Below, one piece after another: positions 37,397-50,869 of a stretch of 64,000 nt of DNA. The notes under the pieces were generated by a model. That model worked only from the letters and a program-made list of their open reading frames with translations. It did not search any database and had not been told where the DNA came from. Both the position numbers and the translations under genes were made by a program. The stretch comes from Euprymna scolopes. Taxonomy: Eukaryota. Numbering within the stretch: position 1 is the first letter of the stretch; each line of letters opens with the position of its first letter. The stretch lies in assembly GCA_053919585.1 (NCBI GenBank), contig CM132816.1; one strand, given 5' to 3'.

Positions 37397-38364
37397 GGTT
37401 GCCATAACAACGTGACGGTAGTGAACGTGTGTGTGTGCGTGTGTGAGCGTGTGCTTGCTAGTACTACTATTAAGTTTGTCGGAGCGTTTGATTTCGTGTA
37501 GTTTAGTTTCGTATTTTTTTAATTTGTGAATAACAAGTTATTAAAAAATTAAACCCTTCCAAGATGGACAATAAATAAAGCCATAATATTTTATGGTAAA
37601 GGTAAGAGCGTAGAAACCATTGTTTTTTAGGAGATGTGATTATTGGATTAACCAATCAGAAATCGTCTGTGGCACACACATCTCTGTTTTTATAGATATA
37701 TAGAAGATAGATAGATTTCTTCTTACTTCATTTAGTTGTCCTTCAAAAACTCCTGCTGATAATTCAATTCTCAAATAATAACTTGTAAATTTCAGTTGAC
37801 TTCTTTTTTGCTTAAAATGTGTTGGCGCCTTTAACGTTATTTTGTCTGGGTCATTTTGACATTGGTTTTTCTATTTTAAAATTATTCCAATCACAATTCA
37901 ACTTTTTTCCTCCCTTCTTTTTCTCGTTTCTTCACCCATTTTCCTGAATGCAATCTTGCATCGACAGCCGAGCTGTATATTTGAACCATTTCTTTTTTAC
38001 GCACATTTTATCTTTCTTTTAATAATATATTGGAATTCTTTCCAATTTCCTTGTACCTATCTGTGAATTATTCCACGAATTTCTGCATTTTAGATTACTT
38101 TGGATCATCTTCCAATTACGCGGTTCCATTGAATTTTACTTGTGCGAATGGAAATTTGACTAACTCTTCTGGATTCTACATATTTGGATTTTACCGGCAC
38201 TGGAAATTTTACCTTTCACCAGACCATCCATTCACGAGAAATCACTTTTCTAGTCACCCTATTCCTTCTGCTTCACTTTTTGTTATCAAGTAAGATATAT
38301 TACTCACTTGCAGTTTGATTTAATACTTTTGCAAGCAAAATCCTATCCCGCATTTTGCTAAATC

Positions 38365-38500
38365 CTACGCTCTGATGAGAAGGAAAGTATTTCTTCGAAA
38401 CTCCACGGATTAAAGACTATCCACTTATTTTTTTGGTTCCTTTTTAAAATTAAATATGTTTTAACTCTTTTTCAAAGTGTTTTTAACATGTTTTATTTAC
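38365..38500 (+). ncRNA. Degenerate hammerhead motif in a repeated terminal sequence
   Basis: CTGATGA-GAAGGAA agta TTTCTTC-GAAAC-TCCACGGA. The downstream ~100 bp recurs at 28760-28862. Confidence 0.5.
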
Positions 38501-38510
38501 TACGTGTTCT

Positions 38511-38576
<66 letters not shown>

Positions 38577-38578
<2 letters not shown>

Positions 38579-39808
38579 GTGGCGCTAAAAAGAAAGTCTA
38601 CACTTACTATTTATCAAACACAAAAGCTAAATTGAATGTAACTGTTTAAATAACCTGTACATCAACTGATTCCCCTTTTATCCTGTTCTTATTTGACATT
38701 TAATTAAATTATGTTTCCATTTAATTTTAAAAAAAAATTAACTTCAAATCGAGAATTCAAAAAAAAACACGCACGATGGAAAATTATGTTTTAAATATAA
38801 CTTTAAAACATTAATACAACAAATGTACAACCGCAACACAATGCACTACTAATTATTTAATAGATTAACCTTTCTGCAATTTATAAGCTTTTATGCACTC
38901 ACTCTAATTAGTATGCGGCAATAGTTGCATCATATGTTTTTCATAGAATTTAGGACTAGAGATTGGGCTGACCAATCCAAACACCGAATAACATGCTCTT
39001 CAACGAACCTCTTGACATGACCAACTGCGTGAATACGAGTAGTATCCTACACGAAGATGAAGTTATCATCCAAATTTCGGTCAAAGTAAAGTAAAAATGC
39101 TCAGTCAACATTTATTGTACTTGGTAGAATTGATTCGACCTTGCAAGCGAGCTATAGTATTTGGGCCATTGGCACTGATAACGCCCCACACCAAAACTGA
39201 ACCGCCACCACGCTGCAGCGTTAAAACTGTGCACCTAGGATTACATTCTCCATCTTATTTTCGACGGACGTACTGCTTACCATCACTGCCTAGCCTAGTG
39301 AACTGGTATTCTACGCGAAAAATAACCTTCACCAAAAAGGAAAGTCATGATCTTCATTTCAGCTGACGACGTTCAGACAGCGCTTTATGTTCTTGGTTTG
39401 TGTCTTGCAATAGAGCAGCGCAAATTAAATACCTTTAATCTGTTCTCAACTGTAGAAAGAGATTACTTTCTTACAGGATAACATTGTCATTGTACTCAGG
39501 GAGCCGATCTCAAATACGTTTCTTAAGCTGCGGATCTTGATAGAATTGTCTTCCTTGTAAGAAGTAACTCTAGGAAGAGCAGAATTATTAGGGGCATCAG
39601 GAACACTCCAGTGTTTTGGTGCTTTTGCACAGCCATTCGTGCCGTTTTCTGATTACATTTCAATCTGTGGCAGATTTCTCGGTTAGGTAAACCAGAAAGG
39701 TGGAGAGTAATGTGCTCCTGACGATCATTAAGAGAAAGTCGAGACGTATAAACTAATTTACGGATTTTGAACAAATGATAAGACTGGACTTTCTTTTTGG
39801 AGCCAGAG
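38577..39808 (-). mobile_element. Tc1-like transposon, decayed
   Basis: TIRs AGTGGCGCTAAAAAGAAAGTC / rc CTGGCTCCAAAAAGAAAGTC. Motifs GGGSVLVWGVISANG and NFIFV*DTTRIH, plus N-terminal HTH (LSGLPNREICHRLKC). Confidence 0.85.
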
Positions 39809-40088
39809 CAAACATAGCGTTTAGTTCAAATTATAATATTTTATTACTATTTTTTATAAAGTACGCCTTACGCTTTCTCTGGAACAGAGACAATTGTATA
39901 TTCAAAAAAAAAAAGTTTGGAATTTCTCTTATTGGAATTTTAAAAAAATGGTAAGAGAAATATGATAACAATTGTGATATTTGAAGTTCGCAACAGGATG
40001 TGAATAAAAGAAGTTTCAGTTTTTAAAGGCATATAATACTAGCAATACAAACTGAGTTCAAAATACATGAGGCCAATCTGTAGAATGC

Positions 40089-40172
<84 letters not shown>

Positions 40173-40592
40173 CGAGAAATTTTAATCGTCGGAACACTGG
40201 ACGAGCTAATTTTATTTTATTTGAGCTCATGATTAGACCTTTTAACATAAAAGAGTCAACATGAAATAAAAGTAAGCAAAATAAACGTTATCACGGAACA
40301 ATGCAGTTGAAAAAAAGAGGCGGGAAATAACACAAACACAGTCGCAAATAAAGAACTTTAAAATAAAAACGTGGAGAACTTTAAACAAAAATATGATACT
40401 AGTCGGCGAGTACATTTGTTCACTTTTGCATTTTCTTCCGTTCCTCCCAGTCATATGTTAAATACAAATGTTATGGACGCTTATGAAGTGACATATGTAA
40501 TATCATTCCATACTTATTTTAACGTAGCTAATAGCTTGCTTTATGTTCTAGGAAAATTTGGAATACACCATTTGGATATATTTTTCTAAGTT

Positions 40593-41168
40593 TGTGTTTT
40601 GACTTTTTGAAGTGGTATTTGCAGTTTTATTGTTTTGAATTGCTAAACAAACCACTTATCTGGAATGTTTGTATATGAAGTTTTATTGTTTTGAATTACT
40701 AAAGTTTATACATTTACAAACAACTTATCTGGAATGTTTGTATTTTGTGTTTTGACTTTTTGAAGCGGTATTTGCAGTTTTATTGTTTTGAATTGCTAAA
40801 CAAACCACTTATCTGGAATGTTTGTATTTTGTGTTTTGACTTTTTGAAGTGGTATTTGCAGTTTTATTGTTTTGAATTGCTAAACAAACCACTTATCTGG
40901 AATGTTTGTATTTTGTGTTTTGACTTTTTGAAGTGGTATTTGCAGTTTTATTGTTTTGAATTGCTAAACAAACCACTTATCTAGAATGTTTGTATTTTGT
41001 GTTTTGACTTTTTGAAGTGGTATTTGCAGTTTTATTGTTTTGAATTGCTAAACAAACCACTTATCTAGAATGTTTGTATTTTGTGTTTTGACTTTTTGAA
41101 GTGGTATTTGCAGTTTTATTGTTTTGAATTGCTAAAGTTTATGAATTTACAAACAACTAATCTGGAAT
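40593..41168. repeat. 84-bp minisatellite (~6 copies)
   Basis: Unit TGTGTTTTGACTTTTTGAAGTGGTATTTGCAG...GGAATGTTTGTATTT at 40746, 40830, 40914 and onward. Confidence 0.95.
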
Positions 41169-42638
41169 TGTAAGACTGGAATAAATGTTTTAACAATTAT
41201 AATCCATGTAAAATTAACAATACGTACTTAAGTGAGTACTAAAACATATTAACTAAAAAATAAATAATACATCTGATTTGTTTTTATAAAGAGTAGTCAT
41301 TTAGTGCTAAACATAGAAGTTTATAAAATACATACAAACAAATGATGTATTTTTACTCTTTCTTTTAAGAAATTGAAAAAGAAAAGACACTCCCATTTTT
41401 AGCTATAAAACTTATGACCAATTTTGGTTTTATTTAAGGGATTTTTAACCGTGCGTGGTGTTTTGTTTGTCAGTATTTTGCTACGTGGATTCAGATGAAT
41501 ACGGGGCACTGAAATATTAAAATATTAAGTCATTTTAATTTTGAAATAAAAGCCAATACAGTTATGTGGCAGTTAGGTAGAACACGTTGCATGAAGTAAA
41601 TAATTCTTCGTAATTGAAACTCTTTATGGCGATAAAGCATAGTAGCGTGCAATGCCACTATACTAGAAAGAAAAGCGCCTAATAAAATTGGGGGTGCTCA
41701 GAGTCCATAGTAATAGAGACGGAGGATTAAATAGCGAAGATTTCTTTTCTGTAGACAGTCCGAAATTTCTCGATAGAATTCGGACAACAGATCAAATTTC
41801 CAGAGTATACAAGGAGACTTAATAATTGTTATGTTTGACGTTCATCTTCGTCGCCAACTGTTATGTTTGCAGGTTGAACCAAATAACGCATAAGGCAATA
41901 CAAATGAAGACTCAACAAACAAAGGTAGATCAATAAGAAGTGTATTAGGAAAAAGTATATTCACAGTATATTTGCATAATGGTTGTCAGGTAAGAGAGTC
42001 TTGGCTGGAGAACATATCTGCTCTCGGCTCGGCCTTCGGTGGTTTCTGGTTAACACACACTCAGACTAACCGAGTCTTGCCATTTATGTGTAATAGTATC
42101 CACATATGTAAAGAAATGGGTGCCACCACAACAATAATCATAAGTTATGGCTTGAACTTTGGTTTGTCAGTTTACGAATAAAGACTTCAGAGGATAGCGG
42201 AAATTAGAGAGTAGTGATATGAAGAAACAGTGCTAGCATTAGATGGAATAACCGATGCTTCATGACAGTGTTAAACTGTATTGTGACACGAAAAGGGGAA
42301 ATGCTATAATTATTGCATGATGTTGATATCTGATTAAGTAAAGGACACGGATAATGCCTTGCTCATTAGGTAAGTTGTCAACAGTAATAGTTGTATTTCC
42401 TTTTTAAATAAAATATAATGTATGATACAAACATCAGTAGTTAAACATGTGCATTCCTGTTCAAATGGATCTTCTATTTAGAGAAACCAACTTCAACGGA
42501 CCGAAAAAAAGAAGCGACACTGATTTTCGATTCAATATCGCTTCTTTTTCCGGTCTGATAGGGAAGGTCTCTGTAAATTGATATTCCACTGAAACATATA
42601 TGCATATATGTAACCAATACCATTTGTATAATAAGCAC

Positions 42639-42730
<92 letters not shown>

Positions 42731-44036
42731 GTGGAATCATGCATTGACGAGCATAAAGATGCATATACATACGCATGTACAAATGTATACGTCCATGTTT
42801 TGTTTGTTTGTTTGTTTTTCTGTTTCTTTTCGTTTATTTTATCTTATTTTTTTTTGTCTTGGGACCACTAGCCAAAATTTCAACGTTCCTTTATTTGCGT
42901 TAACGAACGTGGAGTTTTATCTGTGGTACGAATCAGCAACACTTAGTGCAGCTTCATTTCTTCGTCGATTGACAACAATTCATGCAATTTATGGAGGGTG
43001 GACTAAAAGCGGCAAGGGGCAGAAGGCGATGGCCGTCAATTGAGAGGGAGAGAGAGAGAGATAGAGAGAGAGAGACAAACAGACAGACCGAGAAGATGTG
43101 GAAGAAGACGTCGACGGCTGTTGCTATGCGGGCAGACAAATAAACGATACGCCAAGACAATCTTCCATCTCACTAGATGAGTCATGCGTTGTTAGAAGTG
43201 CAACCGTTGCGTTTCAAATATACGAGGTGGGCTTCTAGAAAATAATTGGACTAATACAGTTTTCTATCTTATATTTTTCATGTTAGCCATCCTGATTGAC
43301 ATAAAAACTAGATAATTTCATGGTTCCCTTTGCAGTGATTTTACTAGATGGGTCCCCACTTTTGAATACAACCATGTTATAGTCAGTTTTGAAGTAGTCC
43401 CGCGGTATTGTGTTCGACATTGGGTATATATATATATATATTAAATGATTCATACCCCCGCAATTTGGAAAAAAAAACGTGGGGACTGATGATAAAAAGA
43501 CCCATCAAACACACACACATGCTACATTGGGATTTGGTTCAGAACTCCAGGCCAGCGGTAATTATCACTTTCTGCACTGATGATCGTGTAACCACAGAAC
43601 GATAGTGTTTCCAGGTAAAAAAATAACTAAAGATTTATATTTGTTTAAAAAAATAGTTTAGCTCTAAAGAAATTAAAATTAAAAGATTAAATAACAAAAA
43701 TGCTAGCGTATTTAAGTAAAAACCAATTGTAACTATTTCTTTTAAAATATCTAATGTTACTTTTAGAGATATTAAATTGGATTCTACTTAAAACAATAAA
43801 GAACAAGCGGTAAACTGCAGCAACATTTCAACTTCCGTTTGGTGAATACTCTACGACTGTTTACTATTTTTGCATTCGGACTTCGAATATAGGCATTTCA
43901 TTTCTCTGGTGATAATTGCCGATCGCCTTGAGCTAGATTTATAAAGTGCGACTTCATTGACTTTACCTGGATCGCGTAATCATCTGTAATTATTACTTTG
44001 TATATTGCTGAATGAGTCTGCATGTAAAAATTAATT

Positions 44037-44081
<45 letters not shown>

Positions 44082-44230
44082 GCCAAGAACATCGGCTACT
44101 ACCATCACCTTCACACGCAGAATTCCACCATGCGGTCAAAAAACAGGAAAGAAAGAAAATAAAACATACTCTACATTGATAAGGATGTTTAGCATCGAAA
44201 TATATCTGATATAAGTAAATAAATATGTTA

Positions 44231-45166
44231 TAAGTTAAAATATTTAAGGTAAAATATTTAAGTTTAAATATTTAAGTTAAAATATTTAAGTTAAAATATT
44301 TAAGTTAAATATTTAAGTTAAATATTTAAGTTAAATATTTAAGTTAAAATATTGAAGTTAAAATATTTAAGTTAAAATATTGAAGTTAAAATATTGAAGT
44401 TAAATATTTAAGTTAAAACATTTAAGTTAAAATATTTAAGTTAAATATTTAAGTTAAAACATTTAAGTTAAAATATTTAAGTTAAAATATTTAAGTTAAA
44501 ATATTTAAGTTAAAATATTGAAGTTAAAATATTTAAGTTAAATATTTAAGTTAAATATTTAAGTTAAATATTTAAGTTAAAATATTGAAGTTAAAATATT
44601 TAAGTTAAAATATTGAAGTTAAAATATTGAAGTCAAATATTTAAGTTAAAACATTTAAGTTAAAATATTTAAGTTAAATATTTAAGTTAAAACATTTAAG
44701 TTAAAATATTGAAGTTAAAATGTTTAAGTTAAAATATTTAAGTTAAAATATTTAAGTTAAATATTTAAGTTAAAATATTGAAGTTAAAATATTTCAGTTG
44801 AATATTTAAGTTAAAATATTTAAGTTAAATATTTAAGTTAAAATATTGAAGTTAAAATATTGAAGTTAAATATTTACGTTAAAACATTTAAGTTAAAATA
44901 TGTAAGTTAAATATTTAAGTTAAAACATTTAAGTTAAAATATTGAAGTTAAAATATTTAAGTTAAAATATTTAAGTTAAAATATTTAAGTTAAATATTTA
45001 AGTTAAAATATTTAAGGTAAAATATTTAAGTTGAATATTTTAGTTAAAATATTTAAGTTAAATATTTAAGTTAAAATATTTAAGTTAAATATTTAAGTTA
45101 AATATTTAAATGAAAATATTTAAGTTAAAATATTAAAGTTAAAATATTTAAGCTAAATATTTAAGT
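44231..45166. repeat. 13/14-bp AT-rich satellite array
   Basis: (AAGTTAAA[A]TATTT)n over ~930 bp. Confidence 0.97.
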
Positions 45167-46024
45167 AGGGAATGTTGGCTCAAAGAACAATGTTATAAAT
45201 AGCGAAAAACATGAACTAAACTAGGTTGGAATTTGGCTTCGTAAACGTCAATGGGTGATGTTATGAACAAGATTGCCCCCACTGGATAAGATAACAGACA
45301 CGTAAGCCAGAAGAACGAACTAGGAGTTAGTCTGTAAAAGGAAGTCGAAGAGATGAGTTGTGAGTCAGCTAGCCTAGCGAACAGTTATCTGAGTGGTTTA
45401 ATGGAGACATCTACGGAGTAGCTAAGGAACATGTTGTAGGATGGTTGACAGCTGCAGACTCCAAGATGTTGAAAATTTGGAAATAAAGATTTGAAAATGT
45501 ATACTCGGCCTTTACAGAATTCCAGTCGGAAGTCGATGTCTTTATTTCAGGTGCCTACTGCCAAAGGAGATGGAGAAAAGGAAAAAGGTGTGTGTCAAGC
45601 AGACAATGGTTTATTCATAATTCTTGTTATGTCCTTTTTTTTGCATAAACATAAAATATACATTGGGTAGGTGGGCGGGGGTGTATATTATATGAATGAA
45701 TCTTTGTGAATATATTTGTCAAATGTTTTCCTTGTAATTAATTGAACGTTGTGAAAGATTTGAAGTTCGCTTTTTTGATGCTACTGGAATTTTTACATGA
45801 AGATTTTAATGGGCAATACGAAGATAGCTTGCAAAATCCTGGTTCCATTAAAATAATTTCCTCTCAAACCGTTCTTTCTGGCGTTGTACTTATGAAATAC
45901 TCTGTGACATCACTCTGTCAAAGAATGTTCATATTTGTTATACTAATAATGAAATTTGCTCAGTTATTAGATTGATTTGTTTAACTATAAAAATAATAAT
46001 ATAATACAGAATACTACTACTAAT

Positions 46025-46079
<55 letters not shown>

Positions 46080-46405
46080 GTAAAAAATGCATATTACTAT
46101 GCCATTTTTACCTGTGCGAGTTTTTACATAAATTCGGATTAGCGTAGGATGACTTATTTATTTCACAACAAAAAGTTATGCTTGCGAATTGCTGAACGAT
46201 AGAAAACAAGTCGCAATAAACGTAATCATCTAAAAATATTTCACCGTAATATCCTAAGCTCGTTGGAGGGCTTATGGTAACTAAAGATCCTAACATCCAC
46301 ATTTTCTTCTATTATTATTTGGTTGAACAAATAATGTTGGTTTTTTTTTATCAGATATATATGTAAAAAAAAACGACACATTTTCGCGATTGTTTTCTAT
46401 GTACT

Positions 46406-46705
46406 AAGTTATGAATATATATATATGGCAATTTAAGCTACACAGAATATTCCACGTTGCAAATTTTTATGTTAAACTTATGGTATTGAATTTTCTAATA
46501 AGCAAATCAGTTTCTTAGTTTTAACCGCACCCATCCTATTTAGCAAATTGTTGAGCACTTACAGGACATAGGTACAGTTGACCTCAGGTTCATCCTTTCC
46601 CTTTGTGTGATTGGATAACTTTTCGAATAAGCCTGAGGAATTCTCATGAGGATGAAACCAAAATATTCTGTATAGCTTAAATTGCCATATATATTTTCAT
46701 AACTT
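46406..46705 (+). mobile_element. PLE-type terminal remnant with HHR and inverted partial copy (same family as 8472)
   Basis: HHR TAAGC-CTGAGGA-ATTCTC at GAGGAT-GAAAC...GCTTA at 46628-46679. 46406-46452 is the reverse complement of 46662-46705. Confidence 0.7.
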
Positions 46706-46732
46706 CCCTCTCTCTCTATCTCTCTCTCTCTC

Positions 46733-46788
<56 letters not shown>

Positions 46789-47714
46789 AATTTGTAATTT
46801 GAAAACATTTCTTATTCAAATTTTTCAAAAACCTTTTAAACCTGTAAGGNNNNNNNNNNNNNNNNNNNNNNNNNNNNNNNNNNNNNNNNNNNNNNNNNNN
46901 NNNNNNNNNNNNNNNNNNNNNNNNNNNNNNNNNNNNNNNNNNNNNNNNNNNNNNNNNNNNNNNNNNNNNNNNNNNNNNNNNNNNNNNNNNNNNNNNNNNN
47001 NNNNNNNNNNNNNNNNNNNNNNNNNNNNNCTGTTCTGCTCTATCACAGCATTTCGTTGCACAGCGCGATGTGCAATGTAACTCGTAGTTATCAAAATTCG
47101 AGCACACTGTAACCTGGATACTTGATGTATAGGCAGCGGCACATATTTAACCTTTGTAAATCCGTGTATTCCAAGCTTTCAAACAGCACTTAAGTGGTTA
47201 CAGTATGACATATTTGCTCCGCTATAAATCAAACGTTTCGCGCCAAATAATCGTAGGGAGCTGCCATTTATAGTGATGTATGTGCATTTGTGAAAGGTTG
47301 CCTTACGCTGGTGCAACAGAACAATGCCGCGCATGCAGTTGTGTTATGCCAGGCAGAAGGAAGAGTCGGCGAAAGGGGGATTTACGACTGATTGGCAAGG
47401 AACCCGCTGAAGAGTGCGCCACACATCACGGCCGATACAAACAGTAACCTCATTTTTTTTTCTTGTTTCTTTGCTTTGCGACGTATCGAGCCTTTTCGGG
47501 GTACTTTATACTGGAGTCAAAATAGAACATAAGGCATTTAAAAAAAAGGAAGTATTTAAATACAGTTATAATCCACAAAAAGATGTACCAGGCCTTACCA
47601 GATTGTAAACATAACATTAAATTAAAAAAGGAAGAAACTGAGATATGTCCATGCGAGTATTACTATTATATTTTTATTTTCTAAACAATTCAATTCAATT
47701 CTTGTAAATAAAGA

Positions 47715-49352
47715 ATTTTTTTTTTTAATTCAATTTTCACCCCAAACAAGGCACAGTGACACTTTGAAGCAGGGGGCTACTATTAGGGAATTAATTAGCG
47801 GGGTCATTATGAGGGGAGAAGAGTAGAAAGATGTTTGTTAACATTACACTTGAACTTCTGCATATCATTGCAGTTGGGAAAGCAGAATCCCGGAAGGGAG
47901 TTCCAAAGACCCGCAGTTCTGGGGAAGAAACTATTGGAGTAAAAGGCTTTCTTGCACCTAGGGATCTCCACTGTAAAGGGATGAGACTTAGTAGCTTGTC
48001 GGGTTTGTCGGGGGTAGTTACGTCGGGGAGTTACAAGTGTTTGCAGTTCGTCAGAGCATTCACCATTAAAGTATTTGTAGAACAGGCAGAGGGATGCAAC
48101 ATCTCGTCGATGGGACAGAGGTTGAAGCCTAGATGACAGTTCAGGACCTATCAGGTTTGCGACTCTTTTTTGAACCCTGTCCAAGAGCGAGAGACAAGCA
48201 GCAGATGCACCAGCCCAGATGTGACAACAGTACTCCATACATGGGCGAATGGTTGCCTTATAGAGGTATAGGATACTGGCAGGCGTAAGTAGTTTTCTAG
48301 CACGGTAGAGGGAGCCAACCTTCCTTGCAGCAGCCTTGGCAATGCTCTCAATGTATCTATTCCAGTTCATATTCCCTGTAAACGTTAGGCCGAGGAGTTT
48401 AAAAGAAGTACTTTCAGGCAATGTGTTCTTGGCCATTGCTATTGGTGGTAGAGAAGGTTTCTTGTAGTTATTGAAGGAAACAAGCTTAGTCTTAGCAGCA
48501 TTGAATGAGACCAACGATTTTTGTCCCCATTCCACTACGGATTGGAGGTCATCCTCTAGTGTTTCTGCCATTTTCTTGGATATGTGTTCATTTGTTTTCC
48601 CCTCATATCTGTTATAGAGAGTGGTGTCATCGGCAAATATACCCATCTCCGAAACAATATTATCAGGGAGGTCGTTTATGAATATCAGGAACAATAGAGG
48701 TCCAAGGATAGACCCCTGAGGCACTCCCGCATTTATGTCATATTGTTTGGATGTACGTCCGTCGAGGACAACTTTGATTTTTCTATTACTTAAGAAGGAT
48801 TTAATTACGTTATGAATTCTTCCAGTGATTCCATATGATCTAATTTTCCTTAGAAGACCATCGTGCCATACCCTGTCAAAAGCCTTAGATATATCAAGGG
48901 CCACCGCTCTACCCTCCCCTGTTTTATCCAATGAACGGTATATACGTTCAGAAACTACAGTTAAGATATCTGCTGTTGAACGGGCTTGCCTGAATCCATA
49001 TTGTTTGTCAGTCAAGAGTTTAGCAGCTGTTAGGTGCTGGACTAGGGCTTTATTAACTAAGGACTCAAATATTTTGGCGAAAAGCGGGAGGAGGCTAATG
49101 GGGCGATAATTTAGTGGGTCAGTTCTTTCACCAGAATTCTTGAAGACTGGTACCACAGAGGCGGTTTTCCAGCAGTCGGGAAAACAAGATTCGTTAAGGC
49201 ATTTATTGTAAAGTTTGGACAGAACTGGAGCAACCTCGACAGAGCATTCTTTTAATAGCACAGCCGGGATGAGATCTGGTCCACATGCTTTAGAGGTGTC
49301 TAGGTTTTTTATAATAGCATGTACCTGAGAAGGGGTGATTTTCAAGTCGTCA
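47715..49352 (-). mobile_element. CR1/L2-group LINE, 5'-truncated, young
   Basis: Uninterrupted RT ORF, short 3'UTR and A-rich tail at ~47715-47727. Lacks the endonuclease domain. Confidence 0.95.
47807..49345 (-). CDS. Non-LTR retrotransposon reverse transcriptase (ORF2, N-terminally truncated)
   Basis: 512 aa with YRPISLL, QYGFR, ALDISKAFDRVWH, GVPQGSILGPLLFLIFINDL, FADDT and RPCMEYCCHIW. The start is a TTG at the truncation point, not a true start codon. Confidence 0.93.
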   Translation of the reverse strand: MKITPSQVHAIIKNLDTSKACGPDLIPAVLLKECSVEVAPVLSKLYNKCLNESCFPDCWKTASVVPVFKNSGERTDPLNYRPISLLPLFAKIFESLVNKALVQHLTAAKLLTDKQYGFRQARSTADILTVVSERIYRSLDKTGEGRAVALDISKAFDRVWHDGLLRKIRSYGITGRIHNVIKSFLSNRKIKVVLDGRTSKQYDINAGVPQGSILGPLLFLIFINDLPDNIVSEMGIFADDTTLYNRYEGKTNEHISKKMAETLEDDLQSVVEWGQKSLVSFNAAKTKLVSFNNYKKPSLPPIAMAKNTLPESTSFKLLGLTFTGNMNWNRYIESIAKAAARKVGSLYRARKLLTPASILYLYKATIRPCMEYCCHIWAGASAACLSLLDRVQKRVANLIGPELSSRLQPLSHRRDVASLCLFYKYFNGECSDELQTLVTPRRNYPRQTRQATKSHPFTVEIPRCKKAFYSNSFFPRTAGLWNSLPGFCFPNCNDMQKFKCNVNKHLSTLLPS

Positions 49353-49655
49353 AGTCGTCAAATACGAAACGAAAACCTAAATACAGTGGATCTGGCATGA
49401 TAACCGTTAAGCCAACGTTGATATGTTACTTGAATAGTGTTTTAAAACATACTTAGTATTTCTATACGTAATGCGTTACGTGCACGAGTCACGCATGCGC
49501 GGCCGTGAAACAGTTGTAAAACAGAAAAAAAAACAAAAAAAACGATGATCCCCACATACCAATTTAAATTTAAAGTTGGTAGACTAAACAATTCTTGAGT
49601 AAAAACATTGAGAACTGTCCTTACACGCACACAGTCCAATTTTTTTTTAGATATA

Positions 49656-50160
49656 CTAGCAAATTGTGTCCAGCGTTTCCCGGTATTAAACGTAACGTTA
49701 AATTTCTGTGAAAAAATGAAGTAAACAGCGAAATGTAACGGAAATATGTGCATGCGAATATTTTGCTTTTTCTAAATGTAAGTAAAAATAAAAATACTCA
49801 AGATGAAATCGCGATATAAAAACTAAAATCCGTGAGCTAAGAACTAAAATAATTAGCCCAGCGTGACACAATCTTTAAAAATGTTTTCAAAGTACATATT
49901 CTTAACATAAATAATCTGTACTGAAAATTATCGCGCATGCGCATACGTGAAACGGTAGTTAACATTAAAATCTGATGACTTCAACGCACCAATTTTTCAA
50001 TTCTGACCACTTGGCAGCCCTTTTCCGGAAGAAAATCTATTAAAAAGTTTTCGACATATCTGAATATCCTGTATACCAACTTTCATGTTTGTAGATCAAA
50101 ATTTCGTTGAGTATATATGTAGAAAAGTGTGCTCACAAACATTATCTCTTTTAATGATAT
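49656..50160 (-). mobile_element. Non-autonomous Helitron (family B)
   Basis: Minus-strand end CCGGGAAACGCTGG...GCTAG|T. Body similar to the neighbouring copy 50162-50703. Confidence 0.65.
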
Positions 50161-50161
50161 A

Positions 50162-50703
50162 CTAGCAGACCGCCCATGTTGATTGAGCGCAAAATACGCA
50201 GAAATATACTTTGATTAATGCTGATTTCTTATTTATTGTAAAAATTAATACAGTAACTAATAAACAACACGTTGAATTCATTTTAACAAAATAAAAAAAA
50301 GAGTTATGAAAAAAAAATACTCGAGCTGAGATTAAAATAAAAACATAAAGACAGTGAGTAAAGCACGATAACCATTAAGCCACCTTGACATGTCTTTAAA
50401 AGTGTTTTCAACCCTACTTATTATTAACATAAAGAAACTGTCAGGCTGCACGACCTCGCATGCGCAGTCATGAAACATTAGACAAACATCAAAATCCGAT
50501 CATCCCAAGTAACAATTTTTCTAATTCGGACCACTTAGCATTATTTTTTTTTTGTTTTTTGTTCAGGTGAAACCCGATTCAAAAATTTTCCACGTGTCTG
50601 AATATCCTATATACAAAATTTAAAGTATGTAGATAAGATCTTCGTGGATTATATAGATCAACAATTGTTCTAACACACATATTTTCCCATTAAGATATAT
50701 AGA
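50162..50703 (-). mobile_element. Non-autonomous Helitron (family B), tandem
   Basis: A|TCTATATATCTTAATGGG start and CGCTCAATCAACATGGGCG hairpin + CTAG|T end. Shares segments with 49395-49510 and 49960-50150. Confidence 0.7.
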
Positions 50704-50869
50704 TCTTAGTAATAGGAGTACGTATAAAAAGTAGCAGAAATGTTAGGAAATTCTCTAAACTAATGCTGTGTGCATAATGGTTAAATTTCATTACACATTT
50801 TAAGTTTAAATGAGGTACTTTACAAATAGGTTAGGAGAATATTCAGCTCATAAGTGTTAATATATACAT

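Noticed and set aside
40745-40984. ORF with 28-aa repeats
   Set aside because: Translation of an 84-bp minisatellite; later units contain stops.
43570-43615. CTGCACTGATGA... resembling the 28044 HHR
   Set aside because: GAAA core and stems are too degenerate to call; at most an old relic.
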